Part shown: positions 35,188 to 45,361 of the stretch, in pieces
Layout: the number at the start of each line of letters is the position of its first letter
Position numbering within the stretch: position 1 is the stretch's first letter
Source: Ascoidea asiatica JCM 7603
Taxonomy: Eukaryota > Fungi > Ascomycota
DNA: 64,000 nucleotides
Direction: 5' to 3'
Assembly (NCBI GenBank): GCA_001600695.1
Contig: BCKQ01000003.1
Span: 1,090,654 to 1,154,653 of the forward strand
Made by a program: the position numbers and the translations under genes
The notes under the pieces: model-generated
Database searches by the model: none
The model's input: the letters and a program-made list of their open reading frames with translations, nothing else
What the model was told of the DNA's origin: nothing

Positions 35188-36774
35188 TCAATTTAACCAA
35201 CTTTCTGACTCGTTCAATGGAAACTTTTTTGATATAACTTCAAAAACATCTGGAAATGGATTTGTTTTGGAAAGTCGTACTTTTTTGAACTTAGAAAATA
35301 TTACACCTTTTAAGAATCCAGAATCTATTAATGTAACTAAAAGATTTTCAACTAAATTATCATTTATTATTCCTTCATTTCCATTCATATTACTATTATA
35401 TTCATCAGAAGTATCTAATTTGAAAATATAATCACTTTCATTATTGAAAATATTTGAAGAGTATAAATCATTTATAGATAATCTTAATCCAGCTTTAAAA
35501 CTATTATAATCTATAGTAAAAATTTCTGTTTCAAGTTTTTTAATTGAATCTGGATGATTATTATTATTACTATTATTATTAAAATTATTTGAAATTAAAT
35601 TTTTTCTAACTAAAAAGATTCTTTTGAATAATTTTCTAAATATTAAAATTGAACCTTTATTAATTAATAATATTAATGATTTTTTTGATTTGAAATAATT
35701 TTTATTTTCATATAAATGTTTTATAAATAATTTATAATTACCCATTTCTAAAGATAATTGAATATTTTTATAATATTTAATAAATATTTCTAAATTTTCA
35801 TAATTTTTTCTTACATTTTTTTTACCAATTAATAATCCAGTTAAAATTAAATTTTCAAGATTTTTTATAAAAAATTTATTACTAGTAATATTATTATTAT
35901 GATTATGATAATAGTTATTGAAACACCAATAAAAATTTGAATAACTTTTAAAAATTTCATTTTTAATTAAATAATATTTACCTAAATAAAATTTATATAA
36001 AATTTGTTGATATTTTGGAAAAATTTTAAAATTTAATTTATTAATTTGATTTAAATTTATAAAAATATTTTCACAATTTAATGGTTGATTTAATAAAAAA
36101 TAAATTTTACATAATTTTATTGATAAAAATAATAATAATTTTATTTTATTATTTGTTTTTAAAAATGAACCTCTGATATTATTAATTAATTTTAATAAAA
36201 TTATTGGAATTTTATTTAATAATAAATTTTGATTTTTTGAAATAAATTTATCAAATTTTAAAATTATTGGTAAAAAAAATTTTATAAATTCAATTAATAA
36301 TAAATTAATTAAATAACCTTTATTATTATTTTGAAAAAAAATAGATAATGAATTAAAATAATTAAATAAATAATTTATTGAATTTATAATTAAAAATGGA
36401 TTAAAATTTTTAATTAATTTTAAATAATTTTCAATTAAATAATTAAATGAATTAAATTCATTATTAAAAATTTTAAAATTTTCAATAAATTTTATTAAAT
36501 TATCATCTTCATTAATTGATTTATTGATATTATTTTTTAATTCTAAAACTTCTTTTGGTTTTAATAATATATTTATTGAAAGTAATGATAATAATTTTTT
36601 TTGAATTTCAAAATCATTTATTTTTTTATTATTTGATAAATTTGATAAATTTATTAAAAGTTTATTAATTGGATTTGAAATGTTATGAGAATTATTATTA
36701 GATTTAAACTTATTATTATAAGTTAAAGAATTATTATCATTTGAATTGATTTTCCTTTGATTATATGATTTCAT
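35188..36774 (-). CDS. THP1: PCI-domain protein, Thp1/PCID2 (TREX-2) type
   Basis: LCKIYFLLNQPLNCENIF, QQILYKFYLGKYYL, VENLLVTLIDSGFLKGVIF, LSKTNPFP, C-terminal FP..W tail; Csn12-like paralog not fully excluded. Confidence 0.7.
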   Translation of the reverse strand: MKSYNQRKINSNDNNSLTYNNKFKSNNNSHNISNPINKLLINLSNLSNNKKINDFEIQKKLLSLLSINILLKPKEVLELKNNINKSINEDDNLIKFIENFKIFNNEFNSFNYLIENYLKLIKNFNPFLIINSINYLFNYFNSLSIFFQNNNKGYLINLLLIEFIKFFLPIILKFDKFISKNQNLLLNKIPIILLKLINNIRGSFLKTNNKIKLLLFLSIKLCKIYFLLNQPLNCENIFINLNQINKLNFKIFPKYQQILYKFYLGKYYLIKNEIFKSYSNFYWCFNNYYHNHNNNITSNKFFIKNLENLILTGLLIGKKNVRKNYENLEIFIKYYKNIQLSLEMGNYKLFIKHLYENKNYFKSKKSLILLINKGSILIFRKLFKRIFLVRKNLISNNFNNNSNNNNHPDSIKKLETEIFTIDYNSFKAGLRLSINDLYSSNIFNNESDYIFKLDTSDEYNSNMNGNEGIINDNLVENLLVTLIDSGFLKGVIFSKFKKVRLSKTNPFPDVFEVISKKFPLNESESWLN

Positions 36775-36900
36775 TTTGTATTATAAACATATATTCTTTT
36801 CAATTGATTCACTTCATTCATCATCAATTCACTTCATTCAATTCTATTATTTCAATTTATTTCAATTTATTTCAATTTCAAAACAAAAAAATAAATAAAT

Positions 36901-36930
36901 GTCACGTGCGCTTATTGAGACCAGTTTTCT

Positions 36931-36963
<33 letters not shown>
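36901..36963. promoter_or_regulatory. Cbf1-type site plus 32-nt poly(dT) tract, THP1 promoter
   Basis: GTCACGTG at 36901-36908 and T32 at 36932-36963, typical nucleosome-depleted architecture. Confidence 0.65.
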
Positions 36964-37242
36964 CCATTCAATTTTTAATTTTTAAATAATTAGAATATAA
37001 CAACTTATAAAAAAAATTTATTCATATACCATATAAAATAGATAAAAACTTATATAAAAACTTATATAAAAGTTATATAAAAGCAAGTGAAAATAATAGA
37101 TAAAGAGATAAATAAAAATGAAAACAAAATTGAAGATGTAATGTAATTAATTTTGATGTATTTTAATAAAAAGCGAGGTATAAATTGATAAATGTGGATA
37201 TGTAATTGTAATTGTAAATGTTGATGTAAATGATAAATTGAA

Positions 37243-37893
37243 TTATACTAAACTTCTTGGACCTGAGAACATGAATTGAACAATTGTTATTTGACCAAGA
37301 CCTAAGATAATCATGAGTAAGACACTAAACATACCTAAATAATAAATTCTTGATTCAGTTGATTGTACAGTACTCATATTTCTCCATTCTCTTGCTCTTA
37401 AATAATCCATTAATTTTTTCATTTTTATATAATTTCTATCAATTTCTTCAATTGCATTAATTGATAAAGCTTCATCAGAATATTTATTTTTTTCTTCCAA
37501 TTTTTTAAAATTATCAATATCTTTTTCTAATTCAATTGAAAATTCTACTTTTTTTGAATTTGAAATTGAATTTGTTGAAAAACTATTTGTAAAACAAAAT
37601 GAATATTCTCCAATACCAAAAGATCTTAATAAATAATCAGCATATCTTTTATCTTTTGCGGATATAACTTTTTCACCATCTGGAGCAATAATATCAAAAT
37701 CTATTTCAAAATCACCACCTGATAAAACTTGAAAATTAACTAATAAAGAATCTAAATCAGATTTTAATAAAAAATATATACATTCTTTTGCAAATGGAGA
37801 TACAACTAATGACATTGATGTATAAGTTATAGCTTGAGAAATTTGAAATAAATGTATAAAAGATAAAAATAATAATTTATAATTAAATATCAT
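37243..37893 (-). CDS. ERP2: p24/GOLD-family cargo receptor, Erp2/Erp4 type
   Basis: Signal peptide, GOLD cysteines (KECIY, YSFCF), FQVLSGGDFEIDF, YLRAREWRNMSTVQSTESR, C-terminal TM and hydrophobic tail. Confidence 0.85.
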   Translation of the reverse strand: MIFNYKLLFLSFIHLFQISQAITYTSMSLVVSPFAKECIYFLLKSDLDSLLVNFQVLSGGDFEIDFDIIAPDGEKVISAKDKRYADYLLRSFGIGEYSFCFTNSFSTNSISNSKKVEFSIELEKDIDNFKKLEEKNKYSDEALSINAIEEIDRNYIKMKKLMDYLRAREWRNMSTVQSTESRIYYLGMFSVLLMIILGLGQITIVQFMFSGPRSLV

Positions 37894-38545
37894 TTTGATT
37901 ATATTTATATATTATTTATATATTATTTATATATTATTTATATTTGTATATGTGTATATGATTGATTTGGAAATATATTTATGAATATATTTATGGAATA
38001 TATTTATGGAATATATTTATGGGATATATTAATGTAATGTAGTTGATATAATAAATAAGAAAGAAGGATTTAAGTATTAAAATGAATGAATTTTTTTATT
38101 TTATTTTACAATGAATAGAATTGAAATTTGAATTTAGCTTAAGATTTTTTATTAATTTACAAGTATCATAAGATTTATTTAAGAAAGTTGTTCTTGTTAT
38201 TGTTATTACTATTATTATTATTATTATTATTACAATGATGAATTTGAATTTGAATTTGAATAGAAAGAGAAATAAAAAGAAAAAGAGAAGAAAAGAAATA
38301 AATAGTCTGTCATAAAACCTCGATAGAATATAATATAATAATATAATACAATAATAATATAATATGATAATGGTGATATATGAAAAATATAAAAATGAAA
38401 GGGTAATTAAATATTTTTAGTTATTATTTAAATAAGATTTGATCTAAAAATATTAAAAGAAAGAGGGTGAAGTCGAAAAAGACAAGTATTGAAAAAAAGG
38501 CATGAATAAATAAATTAGGAGTAAACAGTTAAATCTGGTAAAGCA

Positions 38546-38610
38546 GTGAAAAAGAAGGTGAAAAAGAAGGTGAAAAAGAAGGTGAAAAAGGAAGTGAAAA
38601 AGGAAGTGAA
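38546..38610. repeat. 12-bp tandem repeat (GTGAAAAAGRAR)x5
   Basis: Read directly; a second 12-bp repeat (TGAGTGTTACTM-like) follows at ~38669-38712. Confidence 0.9.
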
Positions 38611-39093
38611 ACCAGGACTGAAGAACCATGCACGCGGTGTTTCAGCCAGCACGAGAATACTCTGGTAGTGAGTGTTACTCTGAGTGTTACTATCAGTGTT
38701 ACTATGAGTGTTTCTTCTCCGCTGGCAATTTCCGAGTAAAACAAAAACAGTGCCTGCGGGTCAGGTGACACTGCCGCATACTGTATATCTATAGCCCTTG
38801 CACTAGGGTTACTGCTTTAGTCTCGTGACTGTGTTCAAATGATAAGAGAAATGAATAAATATACAATAAATTCATTTTTGTGAACAAGATGATTGATTAT
38901 TTTTATTATTGTCTTTATTATCTTAAACAACAGCTTAAGTATTGGAATACTTCTATTGATTATTCAAAGTCAAAGTCAGTTATACAAAGTAAATATTTGA
39001 AATGATGATTCTTAAAAGTTATTTTATTTTTATATGATTTCTTTAATGATTACTTAAAGTAAAGTAATCTTTATTATATCATTAATCAAAAAA

Positions 39094-40680
39094 ATGAATT
39101 ACAAAGATAACAATAGTGATAATCATCTTTATTATAAATATAAATTTATAATATTTATAATATCATTCAATATTCAATTAATTTCTTCAATTTCAATTTC
39201 CATATCCAATTCATTACCAAATTCATTATCAAATTCATTATCAAATTCATTATTATTAAAAACAAATAATAAACAAGATATTTTAAATCAAGAATATATT
39301 GAAAATAAATTAAAAAAATTTAATTTAACTTCTTCATCAAAAGTAAAAACTAAAATTTCAAATAAAAATGATTATGGATTTTTAAGAGAATCTTTAATAA
39401 TTAATAAATTTTATAATAAAAAAGAATCTTTAAAAAAAAAAAATAATAATAACAATAATAATAATAATAATGATAAAAAATCAATAAAACAAAGATTATT
39501 ATTAAAGATTTCAAAAGGTAAAAAACAAATTTTAAATTCTTCTCATAAACTTACAACTACTTTAAATTCAAATATACCTTTAATTACCAATGAACCTGAT
39601 AAACCTAATGATTTTAATAACCTAAATGACTTAAATGAGATACAGAAGATTCAGGAGATAATTTCTAATAAAAATATTAATAAGAATATAAATGAAAATA
39701 TTAATAAAGATATAAATTTCAATATAATTGAAGATTCTCATTCAACTAATTTTATAAAATCTTATTTAAATTCAGATAATTCAATTGATCAAGAAATTTT
39801 AAATTCTTCAAATATTTTAAATTCAATTAATTTAAATAATAATAAACAATGGTCAACTTCTCATAAAAAAAATGATTTTATTTTAAATAATTGGCCTTGG
39901 GATTTAAATGATAATTCTGTTTATATAATTCCAGATAATAAAAGAATTTTAAAATATAATAATAATAATCAAATTTCATATACTTTATTAGGTATTAAAT
40001 TTTTAAATAATAATAATCAAAATGATTTTAAAATGATTAGATTTTCAAATTGTTTTTTTAATAATTATACCAATAATAAAGGTTTATTACATTCTTTTAA
40101 ATATAATCAATTATTATATATAAAAAATAATATTATTGAATTTAATAATATTGATAATGATATGAAATGGAAATATACAATTAATAATATTAAATATAAA
40201 ATTGAACCAAATTTCATATATAATATTTCAACTTTAAATGATAATCATTATTTTACAATTCATTCAAATAATGGAATTGTATTTTATCAATCTGGTTTAA
40301 AATTTTTTATTGGAAATTTTTTATTAGAAAAAGATAAAAAATTTGGTATAATTAGAAAAATTAAACAATTTTTAATAATTGATAAAACTAATTCAAAATT
40401 TCAAAATGGTGCAATTAAATTAACTTCAAATAATGATATTGATAAATATTGTTTAAAAGAAACAAGTATTTCATTAATTGATAATAATCATAATAATAAT
40501 AATTTTGAATTTAATACTTTTAATAAAAATGATATTAAAGAAAAAATTGAAGAAAAATTAAATCATAATAATAATTGTGATGAAGAAAATTCTTTAGATA
40601 TTGTTTATGATTTAAATGATTTTAAATTCTTTGATACTGAAATTACTTATGATAATATAGATGATGATTTTGAAATATAA
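39094..40680 (+). CDS. Hypothetical protein with N-terminal hydrophobic segment (possibly secreted or membrane-anchored)
   Basis: 528-aa ORF, host-like codon usage; FIIFIISFNIQLISSISIS near the N-terminus; aromatic/beta-rich C-terminal half with three Cys. Family not recognised. Confidence 0.65.
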   Translation: MNYKDNNSDNHLYYKYKFIIFIISFNIQLISSISISISNSLPNSLSNSLSNSLLLKTNNKQDILNQEYIENKLKKFNLTSSSKVKTKISNKNDYGFLRESLIINKFYNKKESLKKKNNNNNNNNNNDKKSIKQRLLLKISKGKKQILNSSHKLTTTLNSNIPLITNEPDKPNDFNNLNDLNEIQKIQEIISNKNINKNINENINKDINFNIIEDSHSTNFIKSYLNSDNSIDQEILNSSNILNSINLNNNKQWSTSHKKNDFILNNWPWDLNDNSVYIIPDNKRILKYNNNNQISYTLLGIKFLNNNNQNDFKMIRFSNCFFNNYTNNKGLLHSFKYNQLLYIKNNIIEFNNIDNDMKWKYTINNIKYKIEPNFIYNISTLNDNHYFTIHSNNGIVFYQSGLKFFIGNFLLEKDKKFGIIRKIKQFLIIDKTNSKFQNGAIKLTSNNDIDKYCLKETSISLIDNNHNNNNFEFNTFNKNDIKEKIEEKLNHNNNCDEENSLDIVYDLNDFKFFDTEITYDNIDDDFEI

Positions 40681-41020
40681 TAGATCATATTTATTTGATT
40701 ATTGTTTTCATTTAATTTGTTTTAAAACTAAATTTCTTTTCAAATCAAATCTTTACTGGGCTTTTCTTTAAAGCTTTAATAAGCCCAAATTTTATTTGAT
40801 GTAATATACTTTAGATTCCTTATTGAATAAAAAAGTTCAGAAATGGAATATTTTTTTTCAAACTCATTCTTGAAATAAAGTCTTTTATTGATAATTGTTT
40901 AATAAATATTTCTTCTTTTTTCTTTCTTTCTTCCACGATTCAAAATGTAGTTCTCCTTTTATATTTGTACCAATATTGCAATTATTATTACTTTTTTATT
41001 ACATAACAATAATAAGTTTT

Positions 41021-41223
41021 GTTCTATTTTTAGAACGCGCGCTATTCTTGGTACCTTGGCCTGCCAAGGCCAGTACCACACAGCGGCATTGCTTCCACCA
41101 ACATCAAAAGCAGTGCTGCGCCACTCTCCTGAACTCAGCAGAACAACCCGCCGCAGCACGATACAAGTAAGACACACCGCCACTATTATGCCACAAAACA
41201 GCCACGACAACCTTTTGAGGCTG
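41021..41223. promoter_or_regulatory. FLC promoter: Rlm1-, Rim101/PacC- and Crz1-like sites
   Basis: CTATTTTTAG 41024-41033; inverted CCTTGGC-CT-GCCAAGG 41054-41069; CAGCCAC 41199-41205, GAGGCTG 41217-41223 and further GCCAC motifs. Confidence 0.6.
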
Positions 41224-41977
41224 GCAGACCCCTGGAGCTGGTATCGCTGTGTTTTGAATTTCTGTTTTCTTTCTTTCTTTATTTCTTTCTTTCTTCGCTT
41301 TCAGATTTTCATCATTTCCATTATTATTAATATTTTCAAGGCTATCGTAACAATCAAACAACAATCAAAGCATTACGACTCCAGTACTAGTAAATATATA
41401 TAAATAAATACTCACTTACAAATATAATAATAATAATAAAATAATTATATACATATTCAATAATCCTAATTTTAATAAAAGAAAGAAAATATATTAAAAT
41501 TTCATTTCAAATAATCATTCAATGAATAAATTAAATTTCATTACTTAATTATTCATTGAAAATCCTAAATAATAATTAGAAATATTTTTTCTAAATTTTC
41601 ATATTTTCACTTTATTAATTGATTATAGTAAATTACAATAAATTTAATTAAACATTTATTAAATAAATTAAGTGATTTGAAAACTTATTTTTATTACAAT
41701 TTTTGACCTACTTAATTACTGACTAGTGATTAGTTACTATAAATACATATCAAATAATTCTTGTCTCTCAAATTATCAAAAAGGGTCATAATTATCAAAT
41801 ATAAAAAAATCACACACATATTAATAATAGTATTTTTTTTTAAATATTTTATATTCTAAATTTATAATTATAAGATAAATTAAACAAATTTTTACTATTT
41901 TTTCATACTAAATCTCATTAAAAAATTTTCATCAATTATCATTCGCTTAATAAATAATTTATAATTTTAAAATTAAA

Positions 41978-44533
41978 ATGGTATCAATATGGGTATTAAT
42001 TTCATATATTTTAATATATTTATCAAATTTTATAAATGCTGAAAAATATATTCAAACTTCTTCTTTATTAACTTGTATGGAAGATTCTGCTTTCACCGCA
42101 AGTTTCTTTGAAGTTACTTTTTATCCAGATAATAATTCTGTAACTTTTGATATATCTGCAATTACAACAATTAATGATTATGTTAATGTTCATTTTCAAT
42201 TACTTGTTTATGGTATAAGTGCTTTATCTGAAAATATTTCTCTTTGTAGTGTTTCAAGTTTATCAAGTCAATTATGTCCAATTTCTTCTGGAAAAATTGA
42301 TGTTTCTTCTTCTTATGATATATCTTCAAGTTATACTTCTTCAATTCCAAGTATTGCATATACTGTACCTGATTTAGATGCTCGTGTTAGAGTCTTAGTT
42401 ACAACTAATAGTTCAACAAATGCAACTGATTTAGCTTGTGTTGAAGCAATTTTAACAAATGGTAAAACTGTTCAAACAAAATATGCTTCTTGGCCAATTG
42501 CTGCTGTTGCAGGTGTTGGTTTAATAACTTCTGGTGGAATTTCTGTAATTGGTCATTCAAATACTGCTGCTCATATTGCTTCAAATTCTTTATCACTTTT
42601 TGTTTATTTTCAAAATTTAGCAATTACTTCAATGATGGCTGTAGAAAGAGTACCTCCAATTGCTGCTGCTTGGGCTCAAAATTTTCAATGGTCAATGGGT
42701 ATTATTAAAGCTAATTTTTTACAAGATATTGTTAATTGGTATGTTCAATCAACTGGTGGTTCTTCAACTTCAATTTTAAATAATAAAGATATACTTTCAA
42801 TTTCTGTTCAAAAAGTTAAAAGAAATTTAAATTATTTATCAACTTCAATGTCTGGAAAATATATTCAAAATATTGTTAATAAAGCAAGAAAAAATAATTA
42901 TTTATTATCTTTTAGTAAAAGATCTGATATAGATTTTGATTATGATGATGGTCTTGATAATACTGATTTATATACAACTGATGAAAAATCTGATGATGTA
43001 ACTTCAAAAATTTTAATTCTTAGAGGTATTCAACGTGTTGCATATCTTGCAAATTTAGAAATTACTGAATTTTTTTTAACTGGTATAATTTTTTTATTAT
43101 TTTTTGCAATAGTTGTTATATTTGGTTTAACATTATTTAAAGCAGTTATTGAATTTTTATTAAGATCAAATGTTATGCATTCTAGTAAATTTTCTGAATA
43201 TAGAAAACAATGGACAATTATTATTAAAGGTACTCTTTATAGATTATGGTTAATTAGTTTTCCTCAAGTTACAGTTTTATGTTTATGGGAATTAGTTGAA
43301 CGTGATTCTTCTGGTTGTATAGTTATAGCTGTAATTTTATTAGTTATATTTTGTTCAGTTTTATTTCAAGCTGCAATTAGATTATTAATTTTAGGTAGAA
43401 AATCTGTTAAAGTTTATAATAATCCTGCTTATATTCTTTATGGTAATGCAAAAATTTTAAATAAATTTGGATTTTTATATGTTCAATATAGAGCAGATTG
43501 TTATTACTGGATTATGGTTAGTTTAATTTATACATTAAGCAGATCAATTTTTATCTCATTATTACAAAGTATTGGTAAAGCACAAGCTTTAGCAGTTATA
43601 ATTATTGAAGTTGTTCATTTTGTTGCATTATGTTGGATTAGACCTTTTATGGATAAAAGAACTAATGTATTTAATATTTTAATCCATTTAACTACAGTTA
43701 TTAATTCAGTAATGTTTTTAATTTTTTCAAATTTATTTGATCAAGCTTCTGTTGTTACTTCTGTTACTGGTGTTGTATTTTTTGTTTTGAATGCTATATT
43801 TTCATTAATCCTTTTAATATTTACAATTGTTACATGTACATTAGCAATGATTTATAAAAATCCAGATTCTAAATATTCTCCTGTTAAAGATGATAGAGTC
43901 AGTTTTATTCCAAAACAAGAAGGTTCAGAAGAAAGTCTGAAAAATGATACTGAATTAATGGCTTTAGGTCAAACAGCAATGAGAGGTCATCAACGTGGAG
44001 CTTCTGGTTTATCATTAACTACAACACAATCTTATACAAGTTATAAAGATGCTGCAATTCCAAGTAGAAGTGGATCATTAAATAATCCTGCAGTTCAACC
44101 AAATTCAGCTATTGGTGGAGTAACAAAACCTGGAGATATATATGGAGATTATTCATATTCCGGAGCAAAAAGTTTTGATAGTAAAACTCTGCTTACAGGA
44201 GGTAATAGTAATCCATATGAAACTACAAGCTCATATCCATATAATGCACAAGGAAATAGTGTAAATGATTTACTTTCTGGAGATAATTCAACTGGTAATT
44301 TAAACTCAAATAATTTAAATTCAAGCACCTTGAATTCAAATTCAAATTCAAATTTTAATTCCAACTCAACTTCAATTTCCAACTCAAATTCAAATTCAAT
44401 TCAAAATTCAAACTCGAATTTAAATCTAAACTCAAATAATACGGGATCGAATTTTAATTCCAATACTGGTTCTAGTACAAACTTTCAAGCTACAAGTTAT
44501 AGCACAACGCCGGGCTATAGAAATGATTATTGA
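41978..44533 (+). CDS. FLC2: Flc/Pkd2 (TRP-like, flavin carrier) family ER membrane protein
   Basis: Signal peptide, ML-like domain (TSSLLTCMEDS, IAYTVPDLDARVRV, ACVEAILTNGKTVQTKYASW), VPPIAAAWAQNFQWSMGII, LRGIQRVAYL, RPFMDKRTN. Paralog number (FLC1/2/3) uncertain. Confidence 0.9.
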   Translation: MVSIWVLISYILIYLSNFINAEKYIQTSSLLTCMEDSAFTASFFEVTFYPDNNSVTFDISAITTINDYVNVHFQLLVYGISALSENISLCSVSSLSSQLCPISSGKIDVSSSYDISSSYTSSIPSIAYTVPDLDARVRVLVTTNSSTNATDLACVEAILTNGKTVQTKYASWPIAAVAGVGLITSGGISVIGHSNTAAHIASNSLSLFVYFQNLAITSMMAVERVPPIAAAWAQNFQWSMGIIKANFLQDIVNWYVQSTGGSSTSILNNKDILSISVQKVKRNLNYLSTSMSGKYIQNIVNKARKNNYLLSFSKRSDIDFDYDDGLDNTDLYTTDEKSDDVTSKILILRGIQRVAYLANLEITEFFLTGIIFLLFFAIVVIFGLTLFKAVIEFLLRSNVMHSSKFSEYRKQWTIIIKGTLYRLWLISFPQVTVLCLWELVERDSSGCIVIAVILLVIFCSVLFQAAIRLLILGRKSVKVYNNPAYILYGNAKILNKFGFLYVQYRADCYYWIMVSLIYTLSRSIFISLLQSIGKAQALAVIIIEVVHFVALCWIRPFMDKRTNVFNILIHLTTVINSVMFLIFSNLFDQASVVTSVTGVVFFVLNAIFSLILLIFTIVTCTLAMIYKNPDSKYSPVKDDRVSFIPKQEGSEESLKNDTELMALGQTAMRGHQRGASGLSLTTTQSYTSYKDAAIPSRSGSLNNPAVQPNSAIGGVTKPGDIYGDYSYSGAKSFDSKTLLTGGNSNPYETTSSYPYNAQGNSVNDLLSGDNSTGNLNSNNLNSSTLNSNSNSNFNSNSTSISNSNSNSIQNSNSNLNLNSNNTGSNFNSNTGSSTNFQATSYSTTPGYRNDY

Positions 44534-45361
44534 ACAATTTTAACTACTTTTTTTTTTATTTTCTCATGAACCATATTTTTGTTCTTTTCTTTTTGTTTTT
44601 TTTTGTTTGATATTCTATAATCTTTTCAAAAGATGCTTTGAGAAAAAAAAATTCTAACACACATTTTTGTTAGTTACTTCTTTTAACTTCTTGCAATTTT
44701 TTTTTTGTTTATCATTAATAATGATAAGCCATAACAATATTATTTATATATCTATTTGTACACTTTGGGTTTCAGGATTTCATATTGTTTTTATTTCAAT
44801 TATTTAGCTCTAGTTTAACTAAACATTGTATTATTTATCAACTTCACTAAAACTTGAGTCTTCAATAAATATTACTTCTTTAAAATCTACTGTCAAAAAA
44901 TTGCCAAGGCACTTGGCTAAAGCAGCTTTCATAACATTAACATTACCATAATAGAAAAGTCACGTTTTAAAGTGTTGATTTTTTTTTATTTCCGGGCAAT
45001 GGAGCCTTTTTTTCGCTCTACGGATTGATGGATTTAAATAAGCGGAATACCGGATTTGAAAAAAAAAAAGAGTGCTGTTATTAAATAAAAGGTGTGTGCA
45101 GCGTAAAGGAGTTTCCCTTTAAAATCTTCCCACTCTCAACGCACAGCAAATATCATCGAAGAACGAGAATCATCAAAAGAACCATCCGAAGAATCATCCG
45201 AAGATTCATCAAAAGATCCATCAAAAGAATTATAATAATCGTTTACTCTTTTATTATTGAAAATAATCAAATCAGAAAATAGCAGCTTTAGGGTTCTTAA
45301 ACTTTACGATCAAGACAATTTTTTTTTTGGTTAGAGACAATTGTTATTGCCTTTAATTGCC

